Assembly (NCBI GenBank): GCA_002104905.1
Contig: MCFE01000007.1
Location: forward strand, 62,001 to 126,000
Reading direction: 5' to 3'
DNA from: Basidiobolus meristosporus CBS 931.73
Taxonomy: Eukaryota > Fungi > Basidiobolomycota
Length of the DNA: 64,000 bases
A model generated the notes under the pieces. That model had not been told where the DNA came from, did no database searches, and saw nothing but the letters and a program-made list of their open reading frames with translations. A program made the translations under genes and the position numbers. Shown here in pieces: positions 11,295 to 25,013 of this stretch (its first letter is position 1; each line of letters opens with the position of its first letter).

Positions 11295-14200
11295 TTACTG
11301 AACTTTATCAAACAGCTCCAGGGTCACGGAGCTCAAGAATGCCGGAATCGAGCCACGCTCAACAACCCAAAACTGAATCATATTGTGCAGACTTCTCATA
11401 TATTCGGTATTTCCACCACCGATCAACTGCATAGTTCCAGAGTCGTTATCACCCGATGTGAATATAAAGGAGTGGTCATCTTGGCTGGCATAAATTGACG
11501 ACAATCTGACTCGACCATTTTCCAAGAAGTCGAATTTATACCCTAGAAGACTATACACAGCCTCCCGATATTCTTGGGCTTTGGCTTTCCATACCTTTGG
11601 TTGAGGATACACAAGTTAGCTTTGGCTTCTATCCATACCACGATAATTCAAAGTCTGTATACTTCTTTAAGTCGCATCATACGCTTCTCCTTCTCTGCAA
11701 CCTGATCTTCGAGGCGCTTGTTTTCATTTTGTAGATTTGCATAGCTTTGATACGGGACCATGTCTGGTTCTACAGTAGTCTTTTTGCCACTGGGGTCGGG
11801 TCTGGTGGCTTGAAGCTCTTGGATTTTCTGTAGCAGCTGCTTGTTTTCAGCTTTTAGGGAGTCTAAGGTGGATGTTCGAATATTCATTTCACGCGATGTG
11901 GGATTATCGATCAGTTGCAAGACCTATATTGACAACTTGTTAGAGCCTCAAGCTTTCTCGACCTCGTACTTATGTATACACTACTCTTGTTTTGCTCGGG
12001 TTGTATTCACCACGGCCTAGCGCGAATTCTAGGGCACCGAGTTGCTTATCCAACGACTCGTTTTCCTTCTGTAGCATTCCGTTTTCTTTTTTTAGGTTTG
12101 CGAGCACTGGTAGCATACAACGCATATCATCAGCCAGCATTTCGTACGAGAAAACATAGATAGCCCAACACTGACCTTCTTGATGATGTTCGTTCTCATG
12201 GACAAGTTCACTCAACCTTTCTCGAAGTGCACCGATAGATGCATTGTCGTTAGCAGGCTCCACTGTAGAGGTCGCAGCACCCGCCCTTTCGACTGATTCT
12301 TCAAGATGTTTGATTTGTTCTTTGTATTCCTCTACCAAATTCTCTAGTTGCGCAATTCGAGCGGCTTTTGCCGAGTCGAAGCTACCTGGCATCATGGTAA
12401 CCTCCTCCATATCATATGATTTCTAATAAAATAAGCTTAGAATGATAGATTTCACTTATCCGTATTTCGTATAAATAATAACCAGCTGTTCTCGCAAAAA
12501 TTCTGCTTCTTTCTGCGCCAATGCTTTACTTTTCTCCATCCGTTTGAGGTTTCTTAAGTCTCTATCACGCTTATCCTCCAGCTGTTTGACCTTCTCGTTG
12601 AGCTCTTGAAGCTAAAAATGTATAAAACCTTTAGTTTTGAGTCGAAGCCTGTGTCTAGGCTGTATGCCAATGGCTACGTGAAGTCATGTTAATACTAAGA
12701 TGGGTGTGATCCGATGTCTTACATGGTTTTCAATCTTGACAATGTATGCGTCGCGACTTTTCAGGTTTGCATTCAAGTTTCCTTGCTTCTCATGTAAAGA
12801 CGCAATCTCATAGCGTTGAGAAGCCACCGTTTTTGAAAGAGAATAAGGTGAATCGAACTCCGCGTTATCCTTCTTATCGAGAAACGTTGACCTGGGTATA
12901 GAGCATTGGTAAGGATGCCATTTTATCAGCATATTAGTTGTACTGAACACTACCATTGAGCCTTTTCGCGTTTAAGAACATTAAGTTCCACTTCTAGCTC
13001 ACTTGTACGATCCCGAAGAGAATCCATCATCGAAAGCTTAGACTCCAAGCTTCCTTTTTCTTCTTTGAGAATTGCTATACTTTGCTGATTATCTTTCAAA
13101 GTCTTGTTCTCCCTTTGCAATGCGGCATTTTTGGCTTCCAGACTCTTGATGTATGAGACCTGCCCTAAAATTTGCAAATCAAGAATAAATAAGAACTCAT
13201 ACGGTAAAGCGCTCGACGATAGCCTACTATGTAATTCTTGGTTGATGGTCTCGATCGAGCCACTTTGCGAAAGTTTAGATTTCAGGTCACGATTGAGCTT
13301 TTCAGCCTCTTCTAAATCCTCCTGAGCCTGATTGAGCTTCTTCAGTCTGCTTGAGGCGAGCTCAGCTTCGTGCTGCAGCTGAGGTTCAAAACATTAAATC
13401 ACAACATTCAAGATTGATGTGCGAGTGGAGGACTCACCTGCTCCTCTAAAGAACTAGCTTTGGTCTCTACACTGCGAATTTGAGCCTTAAGTAGATTGAT
13501 TTTTTGGTTGGAGCCGCCTTCACTATATTCTTTCTCCTCCCTAAGTGTCTCTAATTGTTCACGAAGCTCGGAGTTCTCATCATCCAACTGTCTTTTTAGC
13601 CGTTCGTTGTCTCTCTGGAGAGTTGAAGTCCATAAGAATAAAGCACCCACAATGGTCGTGTCAAGCAATCATACCATGAGCTTTTTGTTTTCCACCTCTA
13701 GGTTTGAGATGTTTTCTGATGTAAGCTTCTCACGCTCAAACAAAAATCTGCGATCCTTCTCGAGTTTCTGGGTTGAATGCAGCGTTAACAATGTAACTAA
13801 AATCAAAGCTGCGCACACTCCATGTACCTCGATCTTCTGTGTCTGTTCCTTCACTTGGTTCTGTAACTCGCGATTTAGGCTTTCTAAGCTAATTAGTTTG
13901 CGATCGTATTCCGTCCGTGTTTTGGAGAGCTCGTATTTCAAATCGCTAGCTCTACGTTTAACCTCCGATAGCTCTGGATCTGCAGAAAGGGAATGAATAA
14001 AAATATTTGTCAGATCGACGAGGGACTCATGTTTACCAACAGCATCCTTGGCAGGCTTCCTCGGGGTCTGAGTCGATCCCAGGTAACCCAAATCATTTTC
14101 GGTGAATAGACGCCTCTAGATGTAGAAAATGGGAAAATGCGGTTTAGTATGGCCATTAGGATGGCTTGGTGTTCCATCTCATCAGGTAACAATGATTTGA

Positions 14201-14376
14201 AGTACTTTTAAAGGCGGCGAAGCCTCTAATTCAGAGATGTATTTATTATAACCACTAGATATCTCAGGTATCAGCTTGCTCCTATTGCTGGTGGACAAGC
14301 GGGAACTTCGAAGTGTTTCTGAAAATGGTTTGGTGTTACTTTTAGCGAATTGTGAAGTATTAAATGGGTTTTGCAT
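11295..14376 (-). CDS. MAD1: Spindle assembly checkpoint protein Mad1 (multi-exon coiled-coil)
   Basis: Long coiled-coil exons; LGRGEYNPSKTRV; C-terminal RMMRLKEVY...YREAVYSLLGYKFDFLENGRVRLSSIYA...SIPAFLSSVTLELF. The start codon is tentative. Confidence 0.9.
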
Positions 14377-15023
14377 GTTCTTCCAACAAGAAGAGAGTGA
14401 TTGTTGATAAAGAAGAGTTTTGTACGCGTGAAATTCAGTCACAAAAACGGCTCGGGACTTGTATATGCTTTTGGTGTTGATCTTCGCTTGGTAGGTTAGT
14501 TTTCGAATTAATATAATCATAAAAACACCCTTGCATAAATAATCGATTACAACCCATTCACTACAAGCATTAACTGGGATGCTAATAGATTCTCCGTGTC
14601 AAGAGGGCATTACATACACTAATACAGGAAAACCCAACCGTAACCAGCCTCCTTACGCCACGGTTGCAACCTCGCATGTGATAAAAACGATATATTATGT
14701 TTCTTCTCGGGGTACAGCATACGAAATAACTAACAGTTAAACTTCGGCTCATTTATTCTACTTCTAGAAAAAACATAGGAATTCAGAAGATAGAGATACT
14801 CTGCAGATTTTAACTTTGAAAGGTATCTAAACAATCGAAATACAAGGCGAAAGAACAAATCAGCATTTTGTTAGTGTAACAATTTGATTAGATATGTATA
14901 TTGTCATCAACAAAAAGATACGGCCAAAGTGTTCCAGGGAAGCAATTAATGGTGGGCCACTTTTGACGTGTACGGTAAAATCACACCCATCAGCTTTGTT
15001 TTGACTATATAAACATACGGTTA

Positions 15024-16948
15024 TCAAGCTTCGTCATTATGCAAGGTATCACCAGGGGTAACCTGGCTTTCACTCTCTTGAGTTACATTCGCGGCGGTGT
15101 TGGTTGGGTTTCCATCGTCCTTTTGGCCGGAGATGGGTTGAGCAGGCTCGACTTTCAGAGAATCCCCCTCTGTGCTTTGTTGAGTTGGATCAGATGTTTC
15201 TGATGCCTCGACACTTGCGCCCTTTGCAACAGCTCCGTTTTTGGCTTCTGAAACGCTGAGATCCCCGTTGCTGTTCTTTTTATCTTCAACAGTTGTCACA
15301 GTCTCTGCAGAAACATTTGCCTTCGGCTCTTTAGATTCCGAATCGCTTTGCATGGGTGTCTCATCTACGTCCATAGCATCCTCCTTGATGACAGGTGCTT
15401 CTTGTGCTGACTGGGTTGCGTCATCGGACGGAGTGGAAGATTTCTTTAATCCGTTAACATTTTGTGACAACTCCTCACTAGCGCTCGGTTCACCTTTAGC
15501 GGAATCCACGGCAGCCTCAGTATTGGAGTCATCTACTTGCATAGCTGCCTGGGGATCTTCAACAGCGTTATTGTCGTGGGTTGCTTCACTGATGCTTGGT
15601 TCTGGTTGTGTAATAGCCCCAGCCTCTTTAGAGTCGTCGACAAGCTCCACCGCATCATTAGATGAACTCAGTACGGATTCGTTGGCCACATCACGAGATG
15701 GTGAGTATGATGGATCAGTTTCGACTTTAGGATGCCTGATTGACTCGGGGAAATATGGGAAATCGGAATGCTTAGCTTCAACCTCCAAAATCAACCTAAC
15801 AAGTTGACTATGTGATAGAGATTTGAAGTAGTCATATTTCTAGATTTTAAGAGCGTATGGTTAGTGAGACATGTTTGGCCGATCTTCTAGTAAAATGGTC
15901 TTTACCTGCTCCTCAGTAAGGCCAGTTCCATCCACCTCCAGAGGGATTGGTCGCGCTTTTCTGCCAGGCTTCTTCAGCGCCGAAGGCGGAGACATAATCT
16001 CAGGCGACTTAGCTTTTTTAGGCACTCTCTTAGGCTTAGGCGTAACAGACTTTCGAACCCGAGGCTCAGGTGCTACAGGTGTTACAGGCGCTGCTGGTGC
16101 TTCTTCAACAGGCGAGGGAATCGATTCAATTTCCTCGGCGATTTTTTTGAGGGAGCATGATTTGCAATACCACTTGGTGAGAGGCTCATCGACCACAGAT
16201 TTAGGGATTCGGGGGTCGTGACATATTTGATGGTAACAGACATTGCACATGTCGCATATGACTATTCTATTATGCTTAGGAGAATCGTCGTAAAGACATA
16301 CTGAGCAAGTGATCCTAGAAGGACCCTCCTCATCGGAGGTAATATAAGGACTGTCGCTATCGTTTCCACCAGCATCTCTACTCCTCCCACCGCGACCTCT
16401 ACCCCTAGCACTTTTTCCACGGCCTCTGCCTCTCCCTCTGCCTCTTCCTCTACCTCGAGGTGTAGAAGAAGCTGAATTCAGATTATTATTATTATTATTA
16501 GGGTAGTAAGGAGTTGAATAAAGAAACACATACCAACATCATCAAAGTTGTATATGTCGTGTTTTTGTACTTTTCTTCCGTGCTTTTCGTCCTCGCTACC
16601 ACTGTCTACTTCCTCTTTCGTAAGATCGCCACCATTTGTTGGTTCTTCAACCAAAGTACTTTTTTCATCAAAGAGCTTCTTTCGCTTCTTTTTGTCTAGA
16701 AGTGGGGAGGAATTAGAGTTCGTTTCTACCAGTGGCGCCAAGTATGCGATAGTACCTGCATTACGTTCCTCTGTACCATTCTTAGCGTTTTCCACCTGGT
16801 TCTGTGAATCAAGGTTAGTCTCTTCTTCTATGGCATCGCTTTTCGTGTTGTTTTCGGTGGAGGAAACGGGTGTTTTCTGCTCCTCCTCTGTTTCTTTGCT
16901 AACTGGAGCAGGATTTACAATTTCCTTCGTCTCAACGGCCGAGTCCAT
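15024..16948 (-). CDS. PHD-finger chromatin protein, Phf1/Phf2 (SWM complex)-like, with RG repeat and acidic low-complexity tail; 3 exons
   Basis: C4HC3 CSVC...IVICDMCNVCYHQICH...WYCKSC; RGRGRGRGRGRG upstream; YFKSLSHSQLVRLILEVEAKHSDFPYFP downstream. Confidence 0.8.
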
Positions 16949-17498
16949 TTTGGAAATATACAAACCGACTTGAGGTAGAAATGGTTTTTTTTCAAATTCA
17001 GTTCGAAGAATGCTTTCAGTAACACCAATATAAGGGATCCACCCTAGTTTTCACATCACACTTGGATCGCGTGTTATAAATGTAATGATAGGTCTAGCGA
17101 TCGTTTATTGGATACGTATTAACACCGAAAATCCAATCAAATGATTATCTTCCAATGCCTAGTCTCCATAATTCGCGTGACTAAAGTCACTATTGAAATA
17201 TTCTTACACAAGATACTGGATACGCAGATTCTCGCGTTTGCACTGACAGCAACAATAGTGCACAGTTGAACAGGTCGTTTAGATCAGACCGGCAGACACA
17301 CGTGACATGACGAGTGATACCCAACCAGCTTAAAAACCTCGTAGTTAAAATATGCGCATTAAACATTAATACTGGAATCTCCGACGAGATTTTATTCCAA
17401 CATTCCCTGTAGATGAAATAGTGGCTAATTGGATTTTTTTGCGCCGTTCGGATTAATATATATTTTTATGGTTGATCATCACCTCCTACAACCCAAGG

Positions 17499-18509
17499 AT
17501 GAGCAATAAGCGAGCTATTAAGGTTGAGGAGAGCTCACGAAAAAAGCCAAATGTTACCCATGGATACAGAAGTTTAGAACCAGAAACACGGGCATTGCTA
17601 TACGATGCGCAGCATATAATCTCAGCCTTGGCAGATGATAAAACCTCAAATTTGATAGATCATTTACTACCTCAAGAAAATCCATATATCACCTTTGAGC
17701 AATGGTATGCCGAGAGCAAGCGTGTCTACCACCTTCTTTATTGATAAACTGATTTTGTATAGGAAAACCGGTTCGAAGTGGCCCTTGATGTTGCTTGATC
17801 AACCGAAGTACGTATATCAGAGTGCAGGTGTTGCAAGGGTTTTGTTTTAACGCTTGAAATTGTAGAGCGGTGGACAAGTACATTAGTCAAAATCTTGTGG
17901 AGGAGGAGGATGATTTGGATTGTGTGTCCAGTAGCGTCCAGATTCTACAAGATTCGCGACCTTTAAAGCGATATAGCAGCGATCCATTCTACGCAGGCTC
18001 CATCAAACACACGATCCATGGTGATGAGGATCTTAGCTCAGAATTGAATATCCTTGTGGATACCATTTGGCGACATCAAACCAAAGAGTTAAACGTCGGG
18101 GAAATGTCAGGTGCTCACAAACATTGGATTAAGCTTGGTATGTCCGAGGCAATTGACAAGATGATGGAAAAGTTATATATTATGCAGTATGACATGTAAG
18201 GAATCTTGTTCTTCATGTTTATGAATGGAAATCCAACCTTTACTTCTTAGTAAGCCACATGTGAGAAGACCTCTGGGTTGGAAAACAATCATGAACCTTG
18301 CAGGAATGTGCGATCTACCTCAAGAGTACGACGTTTGCGACCTCATCATTACACGTCTTAATATTGATGTATGTTGAATTTTTATTTCAGAGTCACAGAC
18401 AAAGCCATCCAACGATTGCAAAGTATATATCCCAATGACGACCTTGACGGTAGGTTACATCGAATTAGTGATACGCCTCTCTCGTACTTACTATTTCCCA
18501 TTAGTATAA
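17499..18509 (+). CDS. Hypothetical protein, weakly Rrn9-domain-like
   Basis: Spliceable exons; LGWKTIMNLAGMCDLPQEVTDKAIQRLQSIY resembles the Rrn9-domain W..V...A...G.P..V..RA..R pattern. Function is tentative. Confidence 0.45.
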
Positions 18510-18516
18510 TGCTGCG

Positions 18517-19750
18517 CTATCGAAGAGCAGGAACCTTACAATTGCACGCTGAGTTCAGAGGTTCCCTTACTGTCAATATTATCATAATCTTTAGACCACC
18601 CATTGCCTGTATTTTCTTGAGTCTCAGGCTGTGTTTCTTTTCGTACTGTTTTATTCTCTCTCTCCATTTAATTCTTATTACCAAACGTATGTACAGCAGA
18701 ATATACACCATCACGTGATATGCTAAGAGGTATCTTACAGTTGAGTAATGAAGGTGTGCATGGATCATCAAGGGCAAAGCACAGGTCTGTCCACTCTACC
18801 AAGCGAAACCAAATCACCCTTGCTCTGCCTTCCCTACAGAGCTCAAGGGTGATTGGATCTTTTGTACCCACTGCAGTTTCGATAGTAACCAGATCACAGG
18901 CACCTCAAGTAGTAAGCGCAGTTTTGATACTGGACAATATGCCAAGGACAAAGGCTGCCCTACATGAGCACTAGCAAAACTGGAAACGTCCAAGTCGATC
19001 CTGGATTCATTGTGTATAGTGCATAAGTTGGCTCATGAATACTGCTTTCATACTGGATGAGGTATCTGAACGAAGTTCGGATAAAAGCCTATTTAACGTA
19101 TTAAGAAAGCAATATTGTTTATTTATAGGAAATATGCGGTTTACTTCATTAACCAGATAATACCAAGAGGATACACATTGTGTTTCAGAGGAATCACGAC
19201 GCCAGTTCCATCTTTGAGCTTGTAATGATGAAACATTAGGTAGGCGTGATAAAAATGGACTCAGAAGAAGCTTGTTAAATTAGCAGAACAGGCCTAAGAA
19301 TATTCATCAAAAGGATATGCAGAGACCAGAGATTCGTTCGAATCACCTTGTAGTGGTGGACGAGATGATCTCACATGATGGATCGCATCTGTGATAAAAC
19401 AGAAGAGTTTGATTGGCATCTCTGACGTGATATGGCAGTGAGTGTACCTCAACATCAGCATCTGTGTGTTCTTATTTGGCTGTTAGTTTCCTTGGGTTTT
19501 AAGGGGGGGGGGGGGTGAGATTGATTCGCTTACACATGTTTTGTTAATCTGGAAAAGAACGATCATTGATACGTAGATCAATGTGGCGGGAAGGGTGGTG
19601 AGAATTCGAGCATTATTCAATAGTTGGGATGATATGTATGCCAGACTGTATGTGGTATTTTTGTACCAAGCGCTTGGACTGCATGAGTACTTAACGAGGA
19701 GGAAACTGCGATTATATCGCAGTCTGCACAATGACGGCCAGTGAATTTTG
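18517..19750 (-). CDS. Hypothetical multi-exon protein with C-terminal hydrophobic segments
   Basis: Joinable exons such as RWNWRRDSSETQCVSSWYYLVNE|AFIRTSFRYLIQYE...WTFPVLLVL and VMVYILLYIRLVIRIKWRERIK; model unresolved. Confidence 0.3.
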
Positions 19751-20467
19751 GACCAAGCCCTATTATATATAACGGTGTATGTAAGGGCTATTCATGGCAT
19801 GGCAATGTGGGAGCTCACCACTGAACCATTCACCAAGCATGCATGATGAGTAACATGTACCACCAATCGCATTCTAGTTTTCCCGTAAACCATTCTCAGA
19901 TGATATCCGTCTATTATTCCCGCACCGAGGCTTAAATATCATGGCGAACATGCTTTTTGTTCGCGACATTAGGCACAAGCAAGGTAGTTGGATAAAGATA
20001 ATCTACAAGAACGGATTTGTACACGAATACATCAATTTAGCCTTAGTCAACGTGAAACATGGCTCATTAATTTGGTAATCCAGTGTGATCTGAATCTATT
20101 AGCTGATTGTACTGCTGTTCATCTCTTATATAAATCAATTTAATCAAGAAACAAGACATTGAATGGAGGAAATTGAAGGTGGTTGGATGAATCGTTTGTG
20201 CATGCGTGAGAGAGATTAGAAAAGGAATCTAGAATATCGTATCCCACCGATAATTATCGTTTCTTACCTTGTTCCGCATACTAGACTCTTTACTTCACCA
20301 TATCATTCTCTGTAGTTTCTTTGTTCTGAGCAGTGATCGTAGCGTAAGAACCGTCATCATTTCTACCTGAGCTACCTAGTTCTCCATAACGTGCACGTTT
20401 GATTGCAGAGCGATTCCGATTGAGACTCCCCTTCGAGTTCACCACGCTATTCTTTTGCCTTTCTTCT

Positions 20468-21867
20468 ATGTCACCACTGGTTCTTCCTTATACAGACGTC
20501 ACCCAAAGTAGCAAGCATATGCCTTCCAAAATCGAAAACAGAGATCACGGTATGGTGCATGGCCTACCAAACACTCGCTTTCCGTTAATTCATTCGCTCC
20601 GCCAAAAGGCCAGTAGAGCCTTCTTATTAAGACAGTATGGTCCAGCCTGGTCGACTTGCTTGGATGCTCTTAGCAAACTACAGTATGAGCTTGAGATCTG
20701 GTCCGCTTCTACTTCACCCATAACTCCGTTACCAGTGGAGTTGATCGAGCTAAGACGTAAGCTTTGGGTCCTTTATATAAATATTTTTGGAATGAAAGAA
20801 AGACAGGAGCAACAGGAGCGACCAAAGCATTCCAATCCAGACCGTTGGGACTCGGAAGCGGTATTTATGTCCGAAACTTGGAACAAAGTAATAGATTCGT
20901 TTAACGGAGTAGAAGGCGACGTGGACGTTGAAGTCACTATTGCTTGGTGAGTACAGATACAAGTAGAGTAACTCATACTCAACACAATATAGTAATACTT
21001 CTTGATTTGTTATAGTGTGCTTCTCTGCCTCAACAAAAACATGGAGAGTCAGGCTCGTGACATTATTGAGCGATGGCTATCTACCTTGCCCGACTCTTTG
21101 ATCTACGGTCTGGAAGCGCTAAGGCTCGAGGTTGAGGCCAATCAGGAGAGTAACGGGGTACCCAACAACACTGAAATGTCTAGACTATGGCTGAACTACG
21201 AGAAGGTGGTGGAGTTATATGTTTTGCACGTTTTACCAAAAATGGCAGAATGGGATACTGGGCGAGACTTCTTGCAGTACAACTCGATCATTTCAGTTTC
21301 TAGAAAAGAGGTAACAATCTCCTCGGTCGAATTGGCTTGAGCATGATGACCTAAGTCGATGTTTTCATTTAGATTTATCAGCAACGGCTTGAGAAATTAT
21401 ACCAACGCTCGCTGAAACCCCGTAAGAAATCTAGCGTAGCTGAACTATCTAGCAACAAACCAGACAACAACGACAACCCCACAACCTATCCAGAAAAAAA
21501 CATTGAGGCATTAATCGAGACTAAATTAAAGCAGGAAGCCTCAAAAGTTGCGCAACCCAAAGTAACCGTACCAGAGGTGAAATCGTCGAAGAAGGAGATT
21601 AGCGCCAACGGCTCATTAGCAACCCGAGCTTCGTCCTCCTCTGTCCCACCAAAAGGTACCGTTGCCCAACAGTCATTGGCATGGCTGCAGCGTTGGCTAC
21701 ACCAAGTTACGCAAAACGGCGCTAGAAACGGAATTATCATTGTATTGGTAATTTTGGTTCTACTTGGTGTCTTTGCTCGCAGAAATGCTGTTTCGAGGGC
21801 GGTTGGAGTTCTAGCAAGCAAATTATGGCAGACATTAAGGATGGGAACCAGTATTACTTACATTTAA
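20468..21867 (+). CDS. PEX26: Fungal peroxin Pex26-like tail-anchored protein (start 20468 or 20519)
   Basis: YEKVVELYVLHVLPKMAEWDTGRDFL, single C-terminal TM (GIIIVLVILVLLGVF), terminal KLWQTLRMGTSITYI. Confidence 0.8.
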
Positions 21868-22438
21868 ATCCAGATAACCTATTCAGTTATTTCGACACCA
21901 AAATTTCTGTAAAAAGCGTCATTGGACACCCCGATCATTCACTTCATTTCAGTACCATTCTATCATCACCATACTTATGTATGTACGCACCATCATAGTT
22001 TCATAAATTACCATAAAGGCAGAAAAAATAACTTGAAAAGGCGACAGCTTACATGTTGCAATAACTAGCTCTTTACTGTCTATATTGATTTCTTACTCAT
22101 ATCGCCCTGTTTCATTATCACAGTCGACTCTAAGCAGCTATGGAGGAGTGTATGCTAAGCTACTATGCACTAGTGGTAGAAAACGGATGGAAAGTGGAAG
22201 ACTACACTGGATGACGTGTTTATCAACGCAAGATGACATAAGATATGATATTATGCACCAATGTGATAAGTCGCTATTGGGGTGGACTTGGTAGGTTTCG
22301 GGGATTTATCCAAGGCGAATTCGAGATATTGATGTCTGGAAATTTCGTGACTTGCTTTATTTCGAGGATTCAAGCTATGACGAATCGAGCACTTTTCTCG
22401 GTGGATAAATACTGCTGACTTGGAAGTTGCTTCCCAGA

Positions 22439-23650
22439 ATGAACCGTGACCTGAAGAACAAAATAATTAAGCTTCTACAGCGACAAGATAGACTCTCCAA
22501 CACGAACCTACTGTTTTTGTTGGAGGGACTTCAGGGACTTGACGAAGCACCAAAATTGATTAACGCTCCAGACAACCACGGGGACACCGTCTTACATTTC
22601 GCTTGTAGAATGCACGATCTACCCATTATGAAGTATTTGATCGAACAGCTGGATGCGAATATCACCGCTGTTAATGAGCATGGTAGCTGTACATACTCCA
22701 CCTTCAAAATATTCTCTGATTCCTAAATTTTGTTGTACTATTAAGGTAGGCAGCCTTTGCACGAAAGTGTGGATGATGTAGATTGCGTAGAGTACCTCTT
22801 GTCGCGCGGCGCTCAAGTGGATTGTACTAAACGTGGGGATTGGACTTGCTTACATATATCAGGTAGGTTACTACGATCACTCCGTTCGTTCGGCAATTAA
22901 CACCTAGGAATGTATGTAAAAGCGATGAAGGGGAATCTGCCAGTGGTGAAATCACTTGTAGAACATGGTGCCACTATTCCATTTCGGAACAGAGATGGTT
23001 GGAACGCTTTACACCTGGCTTGCAGAGAAGGCCACAACGAGATAGTGGAGTATTTGATATCCAAAGATAATTCGTGTTGGAACAACCCAACTAAGAATGG
23101 CCGTTATCCTGTACATACAGCTGCTCTATACTCTCACTTATATCTGGTAAAAGTATTACTTGACACCGCGCAGGATACAGTATCGGCACAGGATAACGGT
23201 GGGTTAGATGTTCTACAGAACGCCGTAATTGGTGGTAATGCTGAGTTGGTAAGACTATTGATCAGCCAATATCATGCAAACGTGGAGTCTTCCGATAATA
23301 TTGGAAGACGCCCAATACACCATGCATGTCTTACAGGGCATTTGGAAGTATTTGAGGCCTTAATTGAGCTCGGTGCCAATTTCAATGTGGTTGATAAATG
23401 GGATAACTGGACCGCCCTACATTATGCAGCTAAAGAGAATCGTTTAGCGATAGTCAAGAGATTGGTCGAACTTGGAAGCGACTACAGACTCAAAGACAAA
23501 AACGGTAGAGCCCCTATGGATTTGGGTGAGTTGAGGTCATATTCTTGCTGTCCATTTGTTCCACCGCTCAAATTTCTACCAATACCAGCCAGGGCTTGGA
23601 ATCGATGCGAAATAGTGGAGTATTTGACGCAATGCAGTGGAAAAAATTAA
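22439..23650 (+). CDS. Ankyrin-repeat protein, ANKRD16-like
   Basis: About 8 ankyrin repeats (GDTVLHFAC, DWTCLH, NRDGWNALHLACREGH, GRYPVHTAA, GRRPIHHAC, NWTALHYAA). Confidence 0.85.
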
Positions 23651-24043
23651 TTCGGTCTATCAGTCATTTTCTCAAAACTGCTGATAACACACCAGTATGC
23701 CAAATGTATTACGGTGCAGTGGCTTTTCATTTTGAGGGTGGGACTATAATGGATTCTTGTACAAAATGCTGGATGAAAGTTGCGCGAAACGAATGGCAAT
23801 CTACGGCTTCCAGAAGCAGCTATTTTAAAGATCAACGATACCAAATCCAATCGGTTTGCATTTCCTTGCATAGCTCTCATCGTATCAAGATGTAAAGGAT
23901 CCATGTACCATGAATAAATCAATGATTTTTGAATATGGACGACCTGGCTGCTGTGAATCACACTGAAGTCACGCCATCTTCAAATTCCCGAATATTTGTC
24001 CAGTTCTCTATCAAATTTCAATCAGTATTTTGAACTTTGGGAC

Positions 24044-25013
24044 TAATCGAATTCGATTCTGTATATGATTTGGTGGTTCTGTGTCGTCCACAGGTCATAT
24101 TCGAAAGAATCATGAACTAGATTTGAAACACTTGGAATAAACAAGAGTCGGATCTTAGAGGTTGGGGTTTCAATCAAGGAGCGAGAGATTTATCAAACCG
24201 GTGTTTCAGCTTCGAAATACCGAACGTTGTTTCGTGATGCAGATCAGGTTCCCCTCATTGCCGATGATCGAGCATGGCCCCAAATAGATTCGTTTGTTCC
24301 ATGTGGTGTCACCTATGCAACTGCTCTTTTATTAATAACTGTTTATGTCTGATCGCCAAATCCCAATGGTAGCGCGCTTGAGGGTAATTAATCGGTTGTC
24401 CCTTCAACCGAAATGGTAGCACCCTCATGTAAACCGGAGTCTCCTCAACCAGATAGTGCATACTGCGGTAATTCCGATCATTTCCAGCCACTTGTTCAAT
24501 CGCATTCGAGGCTTTATTCACGCCCAAGCCCGCGTAATTCCGGTCCCTACGCTCCTCATATCCAAGGAAATCTGGTTCCTTGGATGGTGTGATGTTCTTG
24601 AGTGTCATCTGACCAACATCCAATCTTTCCATGGTTTGATTCTTTTGAACAGTCGGTGCTTAAATTGTTATTCAGCTTGTTTCCTAAACTTTGGCCAATA
24701 GTAGATTGGATGGCTAGTGGTTGAATGAGAATAAACGATGGAAGTGCTCCTAACGTAATGTTTGTTTGTATTGGACACTAGTAGATATAAATCTGGCCTT
24801 TCCAGGTAGACAAGGTCTCGGTGTTGTGGCCGAGGCTGAGTTTAAAGGCAGAGTGGTGTCGATGAATATATATATATGTGGGTGGTGATTGAAACTCCGA
24901 GCGAAGATAGACCGAGCTACTTGCGGAAACAAAAGTAAGAGTTGTACCAGGTTGATGAGTGAATCTGAGGATTCACAGGTATATTTATATCCATTCAACC
25001 CAAGATGCCACAT
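24044..25013 (-). CDS. Hypothetical multi-exon protein
   Basis: 107-aa exon-like ORF 24309-24632 plus plausible downstream exons (RIYLGPCSIIGNEGNLICITKQRS|IRLLFIP...RIEFD*); no family recognised. Confidence 0.35.

Noticed and set aside
13496-16973. Long Ser-rich plus-strand ORFs (13496-13996, 15241-15807, 16548-16973)
   Set aside because: Antisense shadows of the MAD1 and PHD coding exons.
19503-19515. Poly-G run; also short tandem repeats at 31791-31809 and ~32227-32246
   Set aside because: Simple low-complexity sequence without further structure.
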